Below the pieces are notes generated by a model. The model was not told where the DNA came from. It saw only the letters and a list, made by a program, of their open reading frames with translations, and ran no database searches. Shown in pieces: positions 59,676 through 64,000 of a stretch of DNA of 64,000 nt; within the stretch, counting starts at the first letter, position 1, and each line of letters opens with the position of its first letter. The translations under genes were made by a program, and so were the position numbers. The stretch is from Bdellovibrionales bacterium (GTDB lineage Bacteria > Bdellovibrionota > Bdellovibrionia > Bdellovibrionales > UBA1609). The DNA is taken from the NCBI GenBank assembly GCA_965203095.1, contig OZ241877.1:672001-736000 (forward strand), given 5' to 3'.

Positions 59676-61478
59676 ATGATATCTGCTGGTCTTTCCCGAT
59701 TTAAAAATTTTTTAGAAGGCAGAGGCTTTTTTCTGTTTGCTGGCTTTTTTGCCTTATCCTTTTTTGGCCTCTCTTATTTTAGCCTTTGGACAGAGACAGA
59801 AATATATCCTGCCCACAGCTCACAATATTTATGGACCAAAAACAGCTCTGAGTTTTTGTTTGCCTTAAAACCTCTTTTTTACTTTGTCTTGCACTTATCG
59901 TCTGTGATTTCTGATCTTATCTCCCAGCCTCCGATGGTGTCTGCCCGTGGGCTTTTTGCCATAAACGGCATAGCTATTTTAAGCCTTATGTTTTTTTATA
60001 TCAAAAAAAAGACCAATTCCTATAATGCCATTCTTGCCGTTTTGTTTTTAGTGAGCACCAATATTTTTTTAGATAGGGGCTTTCGTGTCCGATCCGATCT
60101 GTTGGTTTCCTCCTTCAGCCTTTTGAGCTTGTATCTTGCAATGCATGCCAAAAAAGAGAGCAAAATCTATAAGGCCGTCTTTATTTTGTTGTCTACACTC
60201 CTCATTAGCCCAAAGGCCATTTATTGGCTCTTGTTTGGATTCTGTTTTATGTTGAATGATTTAAAGGGCAGAGTTTTTGAGCGATACTTTTTTGCTAAAG
60301 TAGGGGTAGGTTTTTTTCTGCTTTTTTCAGTAGTGAGTTTTATTTTTGAAGATCCCTTCTTTATTGAATCTGTAAAACAAAGCGGGTGGTTTTATTTCTC
60401 AAGCCTTCAAAAAACATGGGGCATGATTATAGAGCAAGGTTGGATCCCACAGTTATACCAACTATCTCATTTGGTTCTTTTTGTGGAGAGGAATTTATTG
60501 GCAGTGCTGTTAATAATAGCAAAATTAGTTTTTACTGTTCATTCTGTCCAGATTGTAAAACAGAGAAATTTAGATATGTCAGACTTAGGCTTTGCCATTT
60601 TGTTAGCAATAATATTAATCCATCCTCAACAAAAGCTGTTTTTTTTGTGTAGTCTTATGCCTTTTTTATGTATTGCTTTTTTCACAGACTGGACATGGAG
60701 GAAGTGGTTTTTAAAAAAATTTAGCCCGCAATTTAAATTCCTTTTGTTGGTAGGGGCTTATTTATATAGCTTTTCTTATATTGCTCATTTTAGTAAAAAA
60801 ATCTATTATGAAAAAAACAACCTCCGGCAAAAAGAGCTTGTAGGAAAGCTCAATCATTTTTATAAAAATACAGATCCCGCAGTAGATATTTTTGACCCCA
60901 ACTGCCTTGTATACAAGAGAAAAACCAACTGCAAATACATTTTTGACGATCCTGTGGCCATTAAAAAATCAGAATCTCAAATCCAGGCCCGTATTTTTGA
61001 TTTGATTTTGCCCAATGGAGCTTTAAATCTTTTTAAGATAATCCATCAATCTCCAAAATCCGCTTTTCAATATGTCAATATTAAAAATTATATTTATTAT
61101 AAAGGCTTTATTCTCCATCTCACAGATTCAAAATCTATCAAAAAGTATATAGGGAAAAACAGATCTCGACAAAAAACTTTGAGTGGCAAAAAATTAGTTA
61201 TGGCTCTCCCTCTTTATTTGAAGACAAAGGCTGATAAAAACACCAAAAAATACTCTTATCTTTTTTTAGAATCCTTAAAACCTAAAAGAAGAACCAGCTC
61301 CTGCCCTCATTTTAAAAAAGAGCTTTATCCCGGTTGTTTATACAGTAAAAGTGAATTTGAAAGTGGCTTAATCCCTTACAGTGGGGAGAAAATTTTGGCT
61401 TTGTTTTATCTCCCTCTCCCCCCTGATCTTCCCAAAGAGCTTTCACTTCAAAGTGCTTTCCAATACGACAAGTTTTAA
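59676..61478 (+). CDS. Multi-pass membrane protein, possibly GT-C glycosyltransferase-like
   Basis: Many TM helices, KPLFY and RVRSDL motifs; divergent from the GT2 gene. Confidence 0.55.
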   Translation: MISAGLSRFKNFLEGRGFFLFAGFFALSFFGLSYFSLWTETEIYPAHSSQYLWTKNSSEFLFALKPLFYFVLHLSSVISDLISQPPMVSARGLFAINGIAILSLMFFYIKKKTNSYNAILAVLFLVSTNIFLDRGFRVRSDLLVSSFSLLSLYLAMHAKKESKIYKAVFILLSTLLISPKAIYWLLFGFCFMLNDLKGRVFERYFFAKVGVGFFLLFSVVSFIFEDPFFIESVKQSGWFYFSSLQKTWGMIIEQGWIPQLYQLSHLVLFVERNLLAVLLIIAKLVFTVHSVQIVKQRNLDMSDLGFAILLAIILIHPQQKLFFLCSLMPFLCIAFFTDWTWRKWFLKKFSPQFKFLLLVGAYLYSFSYIAHFSKKIYYEKNNLRQKELVGKLNHFYKNTDPAVDIFDPNCLVYKRKTNCKYIFDDPVAIKKSESQIQARIFDLILPNGALNLFKIIHQSPKSAFQYVNIKNYIYYKGFILHLTDSKSIKKYIGKNRSRQKTLSGKKLVMALPLYLKTKADKNTKKYSYLFLESLKPKRRTSSCPHFKKELYPGCLYSKSEFESGLIPYSGEKILALFYLPLPPDLPKELSLQSAFQYDKF

Positions 61479-61544
61479 ACCTGCTTGTAGGAAAGAACAA
61501 AGACTCCTGGATTCTCACTTTCATGGAAAATGACTAAATTGATC

Positions 61545-61672
61545 GCCTGTGAAAAACCTCTTGTTTTTTATCGCATAAGCAAAAGCCAGCGGTGAGGGTC
61601 CAAGGTATTGCCGTCCCGAACAAGCTGGACTTTTGCTTATGCGATCTACTAAATGTAGGCTTTTTCACGAGT
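61545..61672. repeat. Long intergenic hairpin / MITE-like element
   Basis: gtgaaaaacct / aggctttttcac outer stem; perfect 16-bp atcgcataagcaaaag / cttttgcttatgcgat inner stem. Confidence 0.7.
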
Positions 61673-61695
61673 AATTGTTTAAGGAAGGTAAGGCT

Positions 61696-62466
61696 TTATA
61701 GATCCACTTCCATAAGCAAAGGGCAATGGTCAGATCCTTGCACTTGATCATAAATTTTAACAGATTTTACCTTTGATATTAAATTTTCAGTCACGCAAAT
61801 ATGGTCGATCCTCCAACCGCGATTCAAAGCACGAGCCTTTTCCCTAAGAGACCACCATGTATAAGCCTCTTTTTTATCAGGATAAAAATAACGATAGACA
61901 TCCACATAGCCTTTTTTCAAAAAACTCTCAAACCATTTTCGTTCCTCTGGTAAAAAGCCACTGGTTTTTTGAAGAGCTTTTGGAGAATGCACATCTATTT
62001 CTTTATAGGCCACATTGTAATCTCCAAGCAAGATCAATTCTTTGTTTGTTTTCTGCTTTAATTCCTCTAAAAAACGAGGCAGTCTTTTTAAAAATTCCTG
62101 TTTAAAAAGATGCCTTTGAATAGTCAGAGCACCATTAGGGAAATAAATATTCAGCAAAATAAAATTCTCCCCTTCAAAAACAACAGCCCGCCCCTCCCAG
62201 TCAAATTTTTTTATACCTAATTTCCGGCTCACATGTTCTGCCGGTTTTTGACAAAAAATCGCTGTTCCCGAATACCCCTTTTTCTTCCCACAAATAGACC
62301 AATACTCATAAGGATAAATTTTTTTTTGATGGTCCAGCAGTTGATCGGGATGAGCTTTAGTCTCTTGAATACAGAGAATATCGGGCCTCTCCTTTTTCAC
62401 AAAATCCGAAAAGCCTTTGTCAAAAGCAGAACGAAGGCCATTGACATTCCAAGTCGCTATTTTCAT
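61696..62466 (-). CDS. xth: Exodeoxyribonuclease III
   Basis: TWNVNGLR, CIQETK, KKGYSG, YFPNG, GDYNVA, GWRIDH, GSDHCP. Confidence 0.96.
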   Translation of the reverse strand: MKIATWNVNGLRSAFDKGFSDFVKKERPDILCIQETKAHPDQLLDHQKKIYPYEYWSICGKKKGYSGTAIFCQKPAEHVSRKLGIKKFDWEGRAVVFEGENFILLNIYFPNGALTIQRHLFKQEFLKRLPRFLEELKQKTNKELILLGDYNVAYKEIDVHSPKALQKTSGFLPEERKWFESFLKKGYVDVYRYFYPDKKEAYTWWSLREKARALNRGWRIDHICVTENLISKVKSVKIYDQVQGSDHCPLLMEVDL

Positions 62467-62532
62467 TTCCCTTTAAAATATTGAAAAAAAGGCTTTTGAA
62501 TAACCGAACCTTTTATAAAACAGAAAAGCAAA

Positions 62533-63237
62533 TTATTTAACCTTTATAAGATGAACTTCAAAAATCAAAGTAGAGTGAGGGGGGATGTTTTGGCCCGCTC
62601 CCTTTTCTCCATAAGCCAGATCCGATGGGATATAGAATTTATATTTAGCTCCTTCTTTCATCAACTGTAAACCCTCTGTCCATCCTTTAATTACACTGTT
62701 GAGCGGGAAAGTGACAGTGGAATTATTTTTGTAAGAACTATCAAACTCTGTTCCGTCAATTAAAGTCCCACGGTAATGGACTTCCACCTCGCTTTCCGCT
62801 GTGGCTTTCCGGCCCTTTCCTTCAGTTAAGACTTCATACTGCAAACCAGAGGCAGTCACTTGGACCCCCTCTCTTTTTTTATTTTCTTCAAGAAATTTTT
62901 GCCCGGCCACTTTGTTTTGCTCCCCAACTCGTTTTTGCTTTTCTAAAAAAGCCTTTTGCTGGATCTGCTTGTGGATGGCCTCCGCGTCCTCAGGCTCTAA
63001 AACCGATGGCTGGTTGTTAATGCTGTCCCGAACCCCTTGTAAAAAAGCCGGCCCTTGTAGTTGAGCCTCTGATTTTTTAATGTTGTCAGCTAAAATATAA
63101 CCTAAAAGGTAGCTCGTCTTTTCTTCTTCTGTTTGAATAGTCGCAGGAGATTTTTCTAAAAAAGTTTTGATTTGATCGCAGGAAAGCAAAAACAAAGAAA
63201 AAACAAAAATCAAAAGAAACTGAGGCATTGGGCACAA
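62533..63237 (-). CDS. FKBP-type peptidyl-prolyl isomerase (FkpA/Mip-like lipoprotein)
   Basis: SGLQYEV, VHYRGTLIDGTEFDSS, VIKGWTEGL, IPPHSTLIFEV; LLSC lipobox. Confidence 0.93.
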   Translation of the reverse strand: MCPMPQFLLIFVFSLFLLSCDQIKTFLEKSPATIQTEEEKTSYLLGYILADNIKKSEAQLQGPAFLQGVRDSINNQPSVLEPEDAEAIHKQIQQKAFLEKQKRVGEQNKVAGQKFLEENKKREGVQVTASGLQYEVLTEGKGRKATAESEVEVHYRGTLIDGTEFDSSYKNNSTVTFPLNSVIKGWTEGLQLMKEGAKYKFYIPSDLAYGEKGAGQNIPPHSTLIFEVHLIKVK

Positions 63238-63405
63238 AACAACACAAACTTAATCGCAATGTCAAGCTTTTTGATAAAAAAATCACAGTGCATAATGCCT
63301 TTGTCCGCTACTTTTTTTCTTTTCCCACACAAAATCTTGTGAAAAATCAAATATATCGCTATCTTAGTATTTGGAAAATAGCAGACCTCCCACCGAAAGG
63401 GGAAA

Positions 63406-64000
63406 ATGCTCAGCACAAAAAACAGCCGAAACATTTTTTTATGCCTCTTTTTTTTGTCGGGATTGGGGCTGATTCAGGTTTATAGTTCTTCTTTTATGTT
63501 TGCTGAAGAGCATTATTCCAGCGGGCTTTTTTTTGTCAAAAAGCAAATGCTGTTCACTGTTTTGGCCTGGCTGGTTTTTTTTGTCACAGCTTTAACTCCT
63601 TGGAAATACAACCGCTACTGGGGGATGGCCCTTTGGTTTTTATCTGTCTTGATTTTAATTTTGACCTTATTCCCTTCAATGAGTGTTATGGCTGGCGGTG
63701 CTCGCCGGTGGGTGGCTCTGCCTTTTGGATTCCGTTTTCAACCCTCTGAGCTTTTAAAGGTTTCCACACCTTTTTTGCTGGCTTGGCTTGTGGTTCTTGA
63801 AGAGAGATGGCCCTTGCAGAAGATCTTTTTTTGGGCTGTCCCTTTTTTTGCCTTAGGCTTTCCTATTCTCATTCTAATTGGACAGCCGGATTTGGGTTCT
63901 GTAATTTTGATAGTCTCTTTAATTTTTGCCTTTGTGTTTGTTTTGGGTTTGCCTTGGATTTTTTTTGCCATCAGCTCTGTCTCTTTGTCCGGCGTGCTGT
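63406..64000 (+). CDS. ftsW: FtsW/RodA SEDS protein, 5' part (runs off window end)
   Basis: Manual translation: GLIQVYSSS, KKQ, GGARRWVALPFGFRFQPSELLK, GQPDLGS. Confidence 0.88.
   Translation, partial: MLSTKNSRNIFLCLFFLSGLGLIQVYSSSFMFAEEHYSSGLFFVKKQMLFTVLAWLVFFVTALTPWKYNRYWGMALWFLSVLILILTLFPSMSVMAGGARRWVALPFGFRFQPSELLKVSTPFLLAWLVVLEERWPLQKIFFWAVPFFALGFPILILIGQPDLGSVILIVSLIFAFVFVLGLPWIFFAISSVSLSGVL

Overview
Bacterial chromosomal window with no rRNA, CRISPR array or prophage. Gene content (SWIB protein, mevalonate genes, REC-TPR regulator, Cys-rich lipoproteins) suggests Bdellovibrionota, possibly host-associated; this is inference only. The housekeeping backbone (ppdK, pyrB, xer, bfr, ridA; cinA-recA-ribD; tolQRA, dsbD, radA, map, bolA, dnaJ; tRNA-Leu and tRNA-Arg; mvaA-fni-rplT-rpmI; xth, FKBP, ftsW) is interrupted by two accessory/defence regions. 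Region 1 (~4.7-28.5 kb) holds an Rpn nuclease, a type IIG R-M fusion, AbiE TA, IS630, an AbiTii-like/PHP-ATPase/DUF5131 operon, an ASCH + PIN-GNAT-ASCH pair, a TIR + membrane-protein pair and small secreted proteins. It is punctuated by extra copies of the R-M gene 3' end and of the gene that follows it. Region 2 (~43.5-55.7 kb, after the tRNAs) holds an AAA ATPase plus a 53-bp tandem array bracketed by ~95-bp direct repeats, three Rpn copies, a frameshifted HNH gene, and a C5 methyltransferase whose GHKL partner is split by a second IS630. Other signals: palindromic repeats inserted in-frame into proteins, internal RBS+ATG starts in all four rpn genes, a hybrid promoter created at an IS630 junction, and sigma28-like boxes 7 nt before SD-less start codons.
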